From contig OX337231.1 of assembly GCA_946965045.2 (NCBI GenBank), forward strand, positions 186,001-250,000: a stretch of DNA of 64,000 nt, read 5' to 3'. The DNA comes from Epithemia pelagica. Its lineage: Eukaryota; Protista; Bacillariophyta. A program made the position numbers and the translations under genes. The notes beneath the pieces were generated by a model that worked only from the letters and a program-made list of their open reading frames with translations, made no database searches and had not been told where the DNA came from. This document shows, piece by piece, positions 33,354 to 43,512 of the stretch (its first letter is position 1; the number at the start of each line of letters is the position of its first letter).

Positions 33354-34237
33354 TGTGTTGTTGTTGGCAATCAATCAAATGTCGTTCGTTCGTTCGCTTG
33401 TTCTCGCACAAAATCCATTCGAGTCTCCACGTTGTTTGACGGCTGTAGTTGCGCAACACAACAAGAGGAGAGGAGAGGGGGAACTATGTCTTTGGAGGGA
33501 GGTCGTCGTCGTCGGTTGTTGTGGGTTTGGTGTGGGGAGTGTGGCCTGGAGTCCTACTGGGTATTCCGTCAGTCCGTCCGTCCTCCCAAGAACTCGGCGG
33601 GCGAGAGCCGGCCGGGCCAAAGAACTGTCGGCCGAATTCTCGTGTGCTCGCCAGATGGCCAACGGTTGTGTACACAACGAACCATAGTCGAACCAGCAGA
33701 TGGCCGGGGCCGAGCGAGACGGCTCTATTTTTGCATTCCCATTGATTGTAGCAGCCCCGGGCGCTTCCACGTGCCTGGCCCGGCGTTGGCTCAAGTAACT
33801 TCCCGGACCTCGTAGAACTGTACGAGAGTCCACGTGCCGTTCCAACGGCTGCCGGTTGTGGCGGCTGGCGGCGGCGGCCCACCCAGCATCAGCCCGCCAA
33901 CTTTTGAGTTGTATGTGTGGCGTTGCTGCTGTTGTTGCTGCAGCTACAACTTTTGGCTGCAACCAACAACCACAACACCAAGATATTCGAGAGTCGAGAC
34001 TGCGGGTGCCATTTTCTGGTTTGGGTTGCTTCTCTTGTGTTGTGGTTGCCATTTTTGGGATTTGAGAAATAGCACACCACAACGAGGAAGAACAAGAACA
34101 ACAACAACAACGGCAACAGACAGTTCGAGTTTTTTTCTCTCCAAACGGCCGGATTTGGTTTGGAGTGTGGTGTGGTTTGATTGGATTTGAATGGGGTGAG
34201 CCTCTCTGCTTTTTGATCTTTCCTTAAGCAACAATTC

Positions 34238-37200
34238 ATGGAATCATCACCTGGACTGCCCGTTGGCTTGACGGTGGGCACGCAAACACCTTCCACGGTG
34301 GGAACCCAAACTCCAGCTCTGAAACAAACCGTGCAAGTAAAGAAAGAACCAGCACCACCCCAATTCTTGTCCAAAGAAGTTTCCTCTCTTGAATTGAATT
34401 TGGAAGAAGAAGAACACCAACAACAGCCAGAGGGAGAAGAACCACAGCTCCAAGACGAAGAAGAACAAGAGCCTTCTCCCACGGCCCCCACCACGCCCTT
34501 TTTGGCCAAACACCGGACGGTTCGCATTCAAATGGACCTGCCAGTCGCCGAAACACCCATTACGAATACTCACAATAACAATAACAATGCCTTGGAAGAC
34601 TCCATGGATTCGGAATTGGAGGAGGACGAGGATGACATGCTCCTGTTACTGCCCCCATCGTCCCCGGCCATTGATTGGAGGTATTGGAAGAGTCTGGTGC
34701 AACACACGGTGTCCCATTTGACCCAAGTGGCCTGTCAGTGTCTGTTGATTGCCGCGTGGTCTCGCGTCTTGCTCGGAACCGAACCAGACTGGCAACATTC
34801 GTTGGCCTTGAATCGCGCTCTGGTGGCCTCGTTGCTGCACGTGGTGGAACATGTCGTGGCACGAAGCACCGACCCAACGACCACCAGTACAACGATTACG
34901 ACGACCAACCTCTTGTTTGTCGCCTTGATTCGGGGCGGTGTGCAATTTTGGTTGCTGCCCATGGTGCCCCCGTCCTTTCGGTGGATGCATGCGTGGACGG
35001 TCCAGGCCTGGGCGTGGACCATGCTCGGGTCGGCCCTGGTGCGATTGGTCCGGGGCAGCATGGTGCCCGGTGGTGCGGCACTTATCCGGGCCAGTCGGCT
35101 CGGACTGGCCACACTCCACGCCTCGAGTGTCGGGTTGTACCAGAAATGTGCCCGAGTTTTGAGTCGGCGCCACAAACAACAGGAGGAGGAGAATCCTACC
35201 CTCTCGTTGCAACAAGAAGAAGAGAACGAGAACGAAGAATTGGACACTCCTCAGGAAGAAAAAGAGGTTAAACCCGACGAATCCGAGACCAATGCCCACG
35301 AGGCTGGGGAACAAGCCACCAACGAGAAGGAGGAAGAAAAAGAAGAATTGGCAGTGGCTGGCGTTTGTACCGTGGCAACCCAAACGGAATTGGTGGTGGA
35401 ACCACAATCCTCATCGTCGGATCATGAAGCGGTCGAAGGCGATGTCATTCTCTACGTTACCAGCAGTATAGAGAGTAGCAAAAGTAGCAAGAAGAGCGCC
35501 CTTGGCATGAGACTGGTGGCTTTTGTGATGTTGCGACTGCGTCCTATCGTACAGTGGTGGCAGGTCCTGGCCACTCACGTCTCGCAACGCGCCGCTCGTG
35601 TGGCACAATCCGTGCAGCAGGCTGTCACTGTCGGAATGCAGTGGGGAATGCGACTGGGTAAATTCTTGACGAGTTTGGTGCAGCATGTTGTCCTTCCCGT
35701 CCTGTTGGACGGACTCCTGCCCTTGGCCTGTGCCGTGGGAGAAATGACCTTGGTGGCCACCGTGGCTTGGACCGCCACGCGGCCCTTGGAATTGTGGATG
35801 GCCTGGGTCGCGTGGCCCATTGCCTTTTATCCCGTCTTGTTTGGTCAAGTCTTGCCACGGGCCCTGGTGCGACTGGCGCACACCCTCCGACGATTGGTCA
35901 GGTCCGTGCCGAGACGCATGGCAGCCTGGTGGCCCCTGAAGAAACCAACGACGGGAGAGACCATGGCCACGACTCCGTCCAAAGCAGGAACCGAATCCAT
36001 GACAACCTCGACAACGACACCGTCCAAATGGTTTGCCACGCCCTTGTTGCTGCAAGACTGGGAAGAGTATTTGGAACGATTGTATTTGATCTGTTGCAAT
36101 ACCGTCTTGTTGGTGGCCTGGGCCCGCGTTGGACTCGAATTGGTCCACGCCTGGACCTTGAGTGGTGTGTGTACGACGACGACGACGACCTCGTCCTTGT
36201 TGGATACGGCCTTGACGTGTAGTTTGTGGCTCGAAGTCTTGAATGCCATTATCAGTTGGACACGGTACTCTTCTTCCACAGCCGCAGCAGCACACGACAT
36301 GAAACTGACTGGACGTCGTTCTTCCTCGTCCAAACGCCGCATGCCACGTTTGCAAGTCCTCTTGTTGTTGGCGGGATTGCGCATGGCCTTGCATCATGCC
36401 ATTGTTACGCCCCTACTGTTGCAAAACCAATCAACTGCCGCAGCCGAGTGGCGTTGGTTTGCCGTGGCGGTTCGTTGGGTCCATGGATGGACCGTGGCCT
36501 GTTGGTCGTTGGGAGATTGTTTGCGATTTGCGTGCTTTGTGTGGACCGATGTGTCGGAATTGATTGTCCAATGGTCGTCCTCCACAACGTATTCGTTGTC
36601 GTCGTCCTCCTCGTTACAGTTGCATCCGTTGGACGATGAGACGGTCCATGACGACGATGCTTCGGTCGTATCCACGACATCCGTTCTCAGTCGGATTCTC
36701 ACCACGACGCAGTCCACCACTTGTTCCTGGTTGTTGTGGTGGTTGCATCAAAGTACCTTTTGGGCGCCGTGGACACGCTATACCTTGGTGGAACCCGTGT
36801 TGTTTCCCCTCACCTCCTTGGGCGAATGGACCTTGATTGTCTTGGCCGCCAGTAGTGCCAATCGGCCCTTGGAATTGTGGTGTATTGTCGTGGCTTGGCC
36901 CGTCTTGGGATTGCGACCCCTCTGGAATCAATTGGAACGACAACGTCGCACCGCTTGTCGTCGCGCCAAGCGACGTCAGGAACGACGCCAACGTCGCTTG
37001 CAAGAACAACAAGAACACGAGCAGTTATTGGAATCGCCCCAACGCCTCAAGAATTTTCAGTCCTCCAGTACGCCCAAACGAAGTTCCTTGTCGTCGTCCT
37101 CTCCCACGACGACAACGACGTGGTCTCCGACCGATGCCTCGGTTTCCTTGGCCTCGACGCGGGTCGCGGCACCACCGGCCTCGCCTCTCATGGAAGAATT

Positions 37201-37819
37201 GCTCGTCAAGAGTGCCAAACAGCAACCACAGTCATTGTCCTCGGGCAGTCATCATCCCCACCATTGTAGTAGTAACGAAACAGTCTCCACGACGGAAAAT
37301 ACCACCGTGGTGGCAGCGGCACCGCCCTGCTCCTCGCATCATGAGGAGGATGAGGAAGTATCGGATTTGATTGCCCCGCAGTCGAGTACGGTCCATGACG
37401 ACGACGACGATGGTAGGCCTCGTCGATCGTACACGACCGGCTTGTCCTTTTGGACCTCTCCGTCCTTGTGGTTGCGACGCCGATCCGTTCCCCGGTCGAC
37501 CGTTACCACGACGACGAGTTGCAACACGAGTTTGACCACAACGCATCCACCCCTCGTGTCTGCAGCCGATGGACCGGCACCACCCATTTCTCAATTTGCC
37601 ATTCGGTTGCCCTCGTGGGACAATTCGTTGCGACGTCAAAATGGAACCGAGCACAAGTTGCGTCGCTTGTTGGGCGAATTGGATCCGCAGGAAGAAGCGG
37701 CCGGACCGACCACATCGGCGTCGGACATTTTTGAGTTGCAGCAACAAGAGGATGACCTGGTACGAGGAGCTGGCTCACGGACTCATGTTTCCTTACCCGC
37801 ACGGATGGAACCACACTAA
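34238..37819 (+). CDS. Multi-pass membrane protein with two degenerate PTPLA/HACD (3-hydroxyacyl-CoA dehydratase)-like modules
   Basis: 1193-aa ORF. Second module: LEVLNA...LRMALH...WSLGDCLRF...WTRYTL..VLFPLTSLGE. First module is paralogous: GEMTL...RPLELW versus GEWTL...RPLELW. Confidence 0.55.
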   Translation: MESSPGLPVGLTVGTQTPSTVGTQTPALKQTVQVKKEPAPPQFLSKEVSSLELNLEEEEHQQQPEGEEPQLQDEEEQEPSPTAPTTPFLAKHRTVRIQMDLPVAETPITNTHNNNNNALEDSMDSELEEDEDDMLLLLPPSSPAIDWRYWKSLVQHTVSHLTQVACQCLLIAAWSRVLLGTEPDWQHSLALNRALVASLLHVVEHVVARSTDPTTTSTTITTTNLLFVALIRGGVQFWLLPMVPPSFRWMHAWTVQAWAWTMLGSALVRLVRGSMVPGGAALIRASRLGLATLHASSVGLYQKCARVLSRRHKQQEEENPTLSLQQEEENENEELDTPQEEKEVKPDESETNAHEAGEQATNEKEEEKEELAVAGVCTVATQTELVVEPQSSSSDHEAVEGDVILYVTSSIESSKSSKKSALGMRLVAFVMLRLRPIVQWWQVLATHVSQRAARVAQSVQQAVTVGMQWGMRLGKFLTSLVQHVVLPVLLDGLLPLACAVGEMTLVATVAWTATRPLELWMAWVAWPIAFYPVLFGQVLPRALVRLAHTLRRLVRSVPRRMAAWWPLKKPTTGETMATTPSKAGTESMTTSTTTPSKWFATPLLLQDWEEYLERLYLICCNTVLLVAWARVGLELVHAWTLSGVCTTTTTTSSLLDTALTCSLWLEVLNAIISWTRYSSSTAAAAHDMKLTGRRSSSSKRRMPRLQVLLLLAGLRMALHHAIVTPLLLQNQSTAAAEWRWFAVAVRWVHGWTVACWSLGDCLRFACFVWTDVSELIVQWSSSTTYSLSSSSSLQLHPLDDETVHDDDASVVSTTSVLSRILTTTQSTTCSWLLWWLHQSTFWAPWTRYTLVEPVLFPLTSLGEWTLIVLAASSANRPLELWCIVVAWPVLGLRPLWNQLERQRRTACRRAKRRQERRQRRLQEQQEHEQLLESPQRLKNFQSSSTPKRSSLSSSSPTTTTTWSPTDASVSLASTRVAAPPASPLMEELLVKSAKQQPQSLSSGSHHPHHCSSNETVSTTENTTVVAAAPPCSSHHEEDEEVSDLIAPQSSTVHDDDDDGRPRRSYTTGLSFWTSPSLWLRRRSVPRSTVTTTTSCNTSLTTTHPPLVSAADGPAPPISQFAIRLPSWDNSLRRQNGTEHKLRRLLGELDPQEEAAGPTTSASDIFELQQQEDDLVRGAGSRTHVSLPARMEPH

Positions 37820-39230
37820 TCCGCCTCCATGACGGACGGACGAGTCGTAGCAACTGCACCAAGCTTGTTGGTGCTGTGTCAAAAAATAAGTGTTTGTGGG
37901 AGGGGAAATTCACGCAATGAAATATATACAGTTTGCGGCATGAGACTCTATAATGTGTACTACATTTATATATATGATGATGAGGAGGAGGAGGAACAAA
38001 TGGCCGGACGACGGAACCCAACAAAGGTGAGTCTGTGTGGGGAGAACAACAGCAGAATCTACCATCAAGACGACGACAAGCCGGAATAGAGAGGAAATCC
38101 CAGTAGCCGATTCGTTCGACCAAACTACTATAGATGGAATCTCATGCCTTGCTACTACTAGAGTGTTGTGGTTGTTGTCACGCGTCATTCTGTGATGGAT
38201 GTGCTATAGAGTCACATCTCTTTCTTTGGTTGTGTTAGGAAGAAAGAAACACAATCTGTTCAACGCATGCACACACAAGGGAGACTTCCTTTGTTGGTCT
38301 GGTTTTGGTATAGAGACACACACCGACTCATGAGAAATATATTCTCTACTAGAGGAGAGAGGAGACACTGCTCACGCTCACGGGATGCCCGTCTTTCCAA
38401 AGAGGATGCTTGCTCTGTTTTGTTGGCCGCGAATCTATATTCATCTCTCCGTCACTTGTCAAACTCCACATATTCGTAGAATAGACGAGGTGGCAATATA
38501 TACTCCTACTTACTCCTACGAAGAAGCAAAAGCAATGTGGTAAGTGGTAATGGTTCGGAGGGATAGAAATAGGAAGACTATCCCCTTCGGCATAGGAACC
38601 AACGCGACCACGTGGCGTCTTTCTCTTGTCGTAACGCATATCGGTCGCACCGCCGCACTCGGCCTTCCTCTTCGCTGTTTCCTGTTTCCTTCATGCACTC
38701 TGTGCTCGCATTGCGCCACAATCGGTGTGCATGTACTTGGAAGAGTCTGTTCCCTGCGCTCCATCTCTCTCCATCTCTCTCTACTCTAATAGAGAAGAAG
38801 TTCTTCTTACTTGCTGCCGCCGCCAAAAAGCTGGAGAGAGAGAGAGTGTGTGTGAATGTGAATGGATCGCTCCGCTTCTTGCGAATCTCTGTCACACACA
38901 ACACCACACCGTTCCTTTTTGTCCTTTGTGGCACGTACCTCTACGGTAGCTGGATAGATTTTTGGTGTGGTTCGATTGTGTCCAGAAGTACCTAGTACAA
39001 AAGACCGGGAATCGTTGTCTCTCCAGGAATGTGTGACGACCATTCGTCCGTGAGTTTGGAACCAACAACAACAAAAGTCGCCGCCACCAAACGAGAGGAG
39101 GGAGTGAAAGAATCACTCCCATTTGATTGAGAGAGGCAACAAGAACCACAAACCAATAAGGAGAAAACGCCTCAAACACACCAACCATATATAGACAGTT
39201 CCTCCTCCTCTTTCTCTCATCTTCATCATC

Positions 39231-41075
39231 ATGCAAGAGCAGCAAACCCCGACGAATTTGCAAGGCCGCCATTTGCGGTTTACCGTGGTGCAAGAAGGAA
39301 CTTTTTTGAGCATTCACTCCCAAACACCCAACAACAACGACAACAACAAGAAGAAGGTACCCACCTTTCAACATGGCAACACGACACTCTGGTTTGATGG
39401 GTATATCATTGACATGATTCAAGCCGTGTCGGAGCGCGCCAATTTTACCTATGAACTCCGTCCACCCAGTGGCAAGGGATCCGACTGTACACCACCCATG
39501 ACGGGAGACGGCAATCACGATGAAGAAGATCGCTTGTATCATTCCGATTACTACACGCAATACAATTGTGGGGCCAACGATGTCACGGAATTCTCCCCAG
39601 AAACATCCACCACCACCAATGATCCTCCCAACGAATGGGCGACGGACATTTATGCCGGCATGTTTTACATCTCCCCCCAACGACAATTACAGAATTGGTT
39701 TACCATGCCCTTTTCGCCACCCACGCAGGGTACCCTTGTTATGTATGGGACCGCCACGCAACTCGAACGGATCCAAGATTTGGTACAAGCGCAACAAGAC
39801 GGTCGCATTCCCCAAGCGGCCTGTGTCTTGGGATCGACAGCCGTCTATCAACTCTTGGAAACGGCCTTTCCCGACTTGAAACTCCGACCCTTTTTTGGAC
39901 AAGCGCAAGCCGATATTTTTGAAAGCATGTACAATGGTTCGTGTCCGGTTCATATTTACGATTCACCCATTGCCGCCAAATTTGTTTTGCATCAATTTGA
40001 AAAGAATCAATGTCACGATCAGAATGGTCAGGCCATTGGCTTGATTGGACAACCTCTGTCGTTTGGGTTGACCCATTACGCCTGGGGTGTCGGTCGGCAC
40101 CAATCCATGACGGTCGTCCAGGCCTTGTCGTATTGGATCAATGTCTTGACCAATTGCAATCCCAAGGATGCACTCGGCGCGTGTCCCCAGGGCAATTTGC
40201 ATTCCATGTATCAAGCCCATGGCGGGGGTACGGGCCAGGAATGTGGTCATGTCAATTTTCCCACCACACTCACGGAAACCACCAATATGAACATTGCCTT
40301 GGTGACCAGCTTGGTTGTTGGTGGTGTCGCGTTGCTTGTGGGCAGCCTCTTGGTGTGGCATTGGATTCGATTGCGACACCAAGAACAGCGATACAAGTAC
40401 CGCTTTGTCGAACAAATTGCCCGCAATATTGAAATTGGACCGTCCCCCGGTCTCATTACGCCCGAAAAATTGGCCGAGGAAATTCAACATATTGCCCAAG
40501 GCAAGGGTGTCATTTCCAAACCCGACTTGCTACAATGGATGTCCGATGTGAAATTGTCCTTTTTATCCGAAGGCGATTTGAATGCCCTGTGGGATGCCAT
40601 GGATGTGCATCGAACGGGGACGGTGGATCCCCTCGAATTTATTCTCTTTTTATCCGCCTGTGGTCCCCAATTTGCTCAAGTCTACCAACAACATCAACAA
40701 TTGCCCAAGACGGAACGCTTGAAATTGGCCGCCCGACGATTGACCAATTTGGCCACCGTCGGAGAAGACGGCGTGCGCAAAATTCAACACAAGCTCGATC
40801 GTGGATACAAGCAAGAATTTCAACCCGGAGATGCCGCCGCGCCCACAACAACGCCATCGTCGTCGTCCTTGTCGTCCTGTTGCAATCCTCCAGCACGACG
40901 ACGGCACTTGGCAACGACGGCACGACGAGCCGAAGAAGCGGCGGCAACCTTTACCGGAGCCGTTCCCAGTACCTTGGCGGCACCCCCATCCTCCACGACC
41001 ATGGCCGTTTCGACCACCACCAACACTTTCATCCATTGTTCAAGCCTCCACGACCATGGGCGTCTGAGCTTGTAA
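39231..41075 (+). CDS. Solute-binding (PBP2/iGluR-LBD-like) domain + single TM + EF-hand, receptor-like paralog A
   Basis: FDGYIIDMIQAVSERANFTYEL, DIYAGMFYISPQR...FTMPF, CVLGST, TM LVVGGVALLVGSLLVW and EF loop DVHRTGTVDPLE. No signal peptide in the ORF, so a 5' exon may be missing. Confidence 0.75.
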   Translation: MQEQQTPTNLQGRHLRFTVVQEGTFLSIHSQTPNNNDNNKKKVPTFQHGNTTLWFDGYIIDMIQAVSERANFTYELRPPSGKGSDCTPPMTGDGNHDEEDRLYHSDYYTQYNCGANDVTEFSPETSTTTNDPPNEWATDIYAGMFYISPQRQLQNWFTMPFSPPTQGTLVMYGTATQLERIQDLVQAQQDGRIPQAACVLGSTAVYQLLETAFPDLKLRPFFGQAQADIFESMYNGSCPVHIYDSPIAAKFVLHQFEKNQCHDQNGQAIGLIGQPLSFGLTHYAWGVGRHQSMTVVQALSYWINVLTNCNPKDALGACPQGNLHSMYQAHGGGTGQECGHVNFPTTLTETTNMNIALVTSLVVGGVALLVGSLLVWHWIRLRHQEQRYKYRFVEQIARNIEIGPSPGLITPEKLAEEIQHIAQGKGVISKPDLLQWMSDVKLSFLSEGDLNALWDAMDVHRTGTVDPLEFILFLSACGPQFAQVYQQHQQLPKTERLKLAARRLTNLATVGEDGVRKIQHKLDRGYKQEFQPGDAAAPTTTPSSSSLSSCCNPPARRRHLATTARRAEEAAATFTGAVPSTLAAPPSSTTMAVSTTTNTFIHCSSLHDHGRLSL

Positions 41076-41553
41076 CAGGATAGCGCCGATTACAGGATAG
41101 TTCTCTTCTAAGAGTATTTGAGTAGTATCTATATCCGTAGGAGTATAGTTAGCTTCCGTAGTATGCGTAGAAATCTTGTCAGTCGCATAAACGTTCTAGG
41201 TCGCGTTACACTCGCGTTGGAGACATGGAGTGAGACATTGTTACGACAGAAGGTACGACGTGTCTGCTTCCGAGCAGTCGTGTTTGTCGACGGTTGTGTG
41301 CGCTGACATGCGCGCCTTTTTGCTACCTCACGAAACAAAACCGAGAGATAGGAGAGAGATAGTTTAGGTACTCTCTTTTCTATTGGTAGCAATGAATCCT
41401 CACAGATTCTCGTCGCCATCTCGAGCGAGAGAGACGTTTGATGCATCCATATTGCTATAGACTCTGGAACGAAAGAGAACGAGATTGACAGATTTCAAAA
41501 GTGCCAACAACAACAATAGCGAGGATCCACCGACCCGTGAGACGGCGGCGGCG

Positions 41554-43512
41554 ATGGGTGCGTTGGTCGTCGGCCACACCAACAACCAGTGGCTTGTTCT
41601 GGTCGCATGGTGGTCCTTGTTGTTGCTGTTAGTAGTACCACCGAGCTGCAGCAGCAGCAGTGTCACAACAACCGCCACGAATGAGTGGATGGAAGCTGCC
41701 CAAACTCAATTTCAGTTGCAAGGCCAACATTTGCGCATCACGGTCGTCCAAGAAGGCACCTTCTTGAGCATTCACCAAAGCAATCCAAACAAGGACGACA
41801 ACAACGACGACAACAAGATACCCACCTTTCAACGAGGCAATACCACCTTGTGGTTTCAAGGCTATATCATTGATATGATTCAAGCCTTGTCGGAACGCGC
41901 CAATTTTACCTACGAGCTCCGACCGCCCAGTGGCAAGGGATCCGATTGTACGCCCCAAATTATTGTCGACGACGACGACAACGACAACCAACAAGAGGAT
42001 CGACTCTATCACTCGGATTACTACAATCAATACAATTGTGGGGCCAACGATGTCAATGAATTGTCCCAAATGGCCAATCCGCCGCAACAGGCCACTGACA
42101 TTTATGCCGGCATGTTTTATATTTCCCCCCAACGACAATTGAAAAATTGGTTTACCATGCCCTTTTCTCCACCGGCGCAAGGGACGCAAGTCATGTATGG
42201 CACGGCCACACAATTGAAAACCATTCAAGACTTGGTTCAGGCCCAACAAGAGGGTCGCATTCTCCAAGCGGCATGTGTTCCGGGATCGTCGGCCAATTTT
42301 GGTGTCTTGCAACAAGCCTTTCCGGACTTGAAACTTGCCGCCTTTTTTGGGACACGAGAAGAGGATGTGTATCAAAGCATGCAATCGGGTGAATGTCCCA
42401 TTCATATTTTTGATTTGCCCGTGGCGGCCCAATTTGTCTTGCATCAATCGCAAAAGGGACAATGTACGGGGTATCAAAATCAACCCATTGGATTGATTGG
42501 AGAACCACTGTCGTTTGGATTGACCCACTATGCCCTCGGTGTCGGTCATCATTTGTCCGTGACAGTCGTCGATACCTTGTCCTTTTGGATCAATGTCTTT
42601 ATGACCTGTCCTCCTCGACAGGACGACGACGAAGAGAGCAGCAACGACGACGCACCGACAACAAGCCTGTCGTGTCCTCCACAAGGCAATTTGTATGCCA
42701 TGTACCAAGCCCATGGGGGTGGCACTGGAACTGAATGTGGTCATGTCAATTTTCCCACCACAGGCACGGAAACCAAGAATATCAATGTCGGTTTGGTCAC
42801 GGGGTTGATTGTGGGTGGTGTCGTCGTGTTGCTGATTTGTTTGGTCGTGTTGCATGCTAGTCGATTGCGGCAACAAGAACAACGGTACAAATACCGCTTT
42901 GTCGAACAAATTGCGCGCAACATTGAAATTGGATCTTCCCCCGGTCTCTTGACACCGGAAAAATTGGCGGAGGAAATGCAACACATTGCCCAAGGCAAGG
43001 GGGTCATTTCCAAACCAGACTTGTTGCAGTGGATGTCGGATGTCAAACTGGACTTTTTGTCCGAACGCGATTTGAATGCCCTCTGGGATGCCATGGATGT
43101 CGATCGAACTGGAACAGTCGATCCCATGGAATTTATCCTCTTCTTGTCAGCCTGTGGTCCCCAATTTGCTCAAGTGCATGCCCAACATGCCACATTGCCC
43201 AAAACCGAACGCTTGAAATTGGCCGCCCGACGCTTAACGACCGTCGCCACAGTCGGAGAAGAGGGCGTGCGCAAAATTCAATACAAACTCGATCGAGGAT
43301 CCAAAGAACTGCAACAACAACAGCCAACAGCAGCAACTACAACCGCAACAACCGAAGGAGCAACACCCGAGGAACTCGTGATGGCATCCCTGCAACGTCG
43401 TCCGTGGACACTCTGGGGACGTGGTACTGGTGGTGGTACAGGTCCTCCGCGTCGTGCTCGTCCCCATCGTCGACATGGTCAAACGGCCATTGTCGAAGAA
43501 GAGGAAGAATAA
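41554..43512 (+). CDS. Solute-binding (PBP2/iGluR-LBD-like) domain + single TM + EF-hand, receptor-like paralog B
   Basis: ATG at 41554 with a signal-peptide-like stretch WLVLVAWWSLLLLLVVPPSC. Same SBP motifs as paralog A, TM LIVGGVVVLLICLVVL and canonical EF loop DVDRTGTVDPME. Confidence 0.8.
   Translation: MGALVVGHTNNQWLVLVAWWSLLLLLVVPPSCSSSSVTTTATNEWMEAAQTQFQLQGQHLRITVVQEGTFLSIHQSNPNKDDNNDDNKIPTFQRGNTTLWFQGYIIDMIQALSERANFTYELRPPSGKGSDCTPQIIVDDDDNDNQQEDRLYHSDYYNQYNCGANDVNELSQMANPPQQATDIYAGMFYISPQRQLKNWFTMPFSPPAQGTQVMYGTATQLKTIQDLVQAQQEGRILQAACVPGSSANFGVLQQAFPDLKLAAFFGTREEDVYQSMQSGECPIHIFDLPVAAQFVLHQSQKGQCTGYQNQPIGLIGEPLSFGLTHYALGVGHHLSVTVVDTLSFWINVFMTCPPRQDDDEESSNDDAPTTSLSCPPQGNLYAMYQAHGGGTGTECGHVNFPTTGTETKNINVGLVTGLIVGGVVVLLICLVVLHASRLRQQEQRYKYRFVEQIARNIEIGSSPGLLTPEKLAEEMQHIAQGKGVISKPDLLQWMSDVKLDFLSERDLNALWDAMDVDRTGTVDPMEFILFLSACGPQFAQVHAQHATLPKTERLKLAARRLTTVATVGEEGVRKIQYKLDRGSKELQQQQPTAATTTATTEGATPEELVMASLQRRPWTLWGRGTGGGTGPPRRARPHRRHGQTAIVEEEEE

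Noticed and set aside
41629-42993. 454-aa minus-strand ORF
   Set aside because: Antisense shadow of receptor paralog B.
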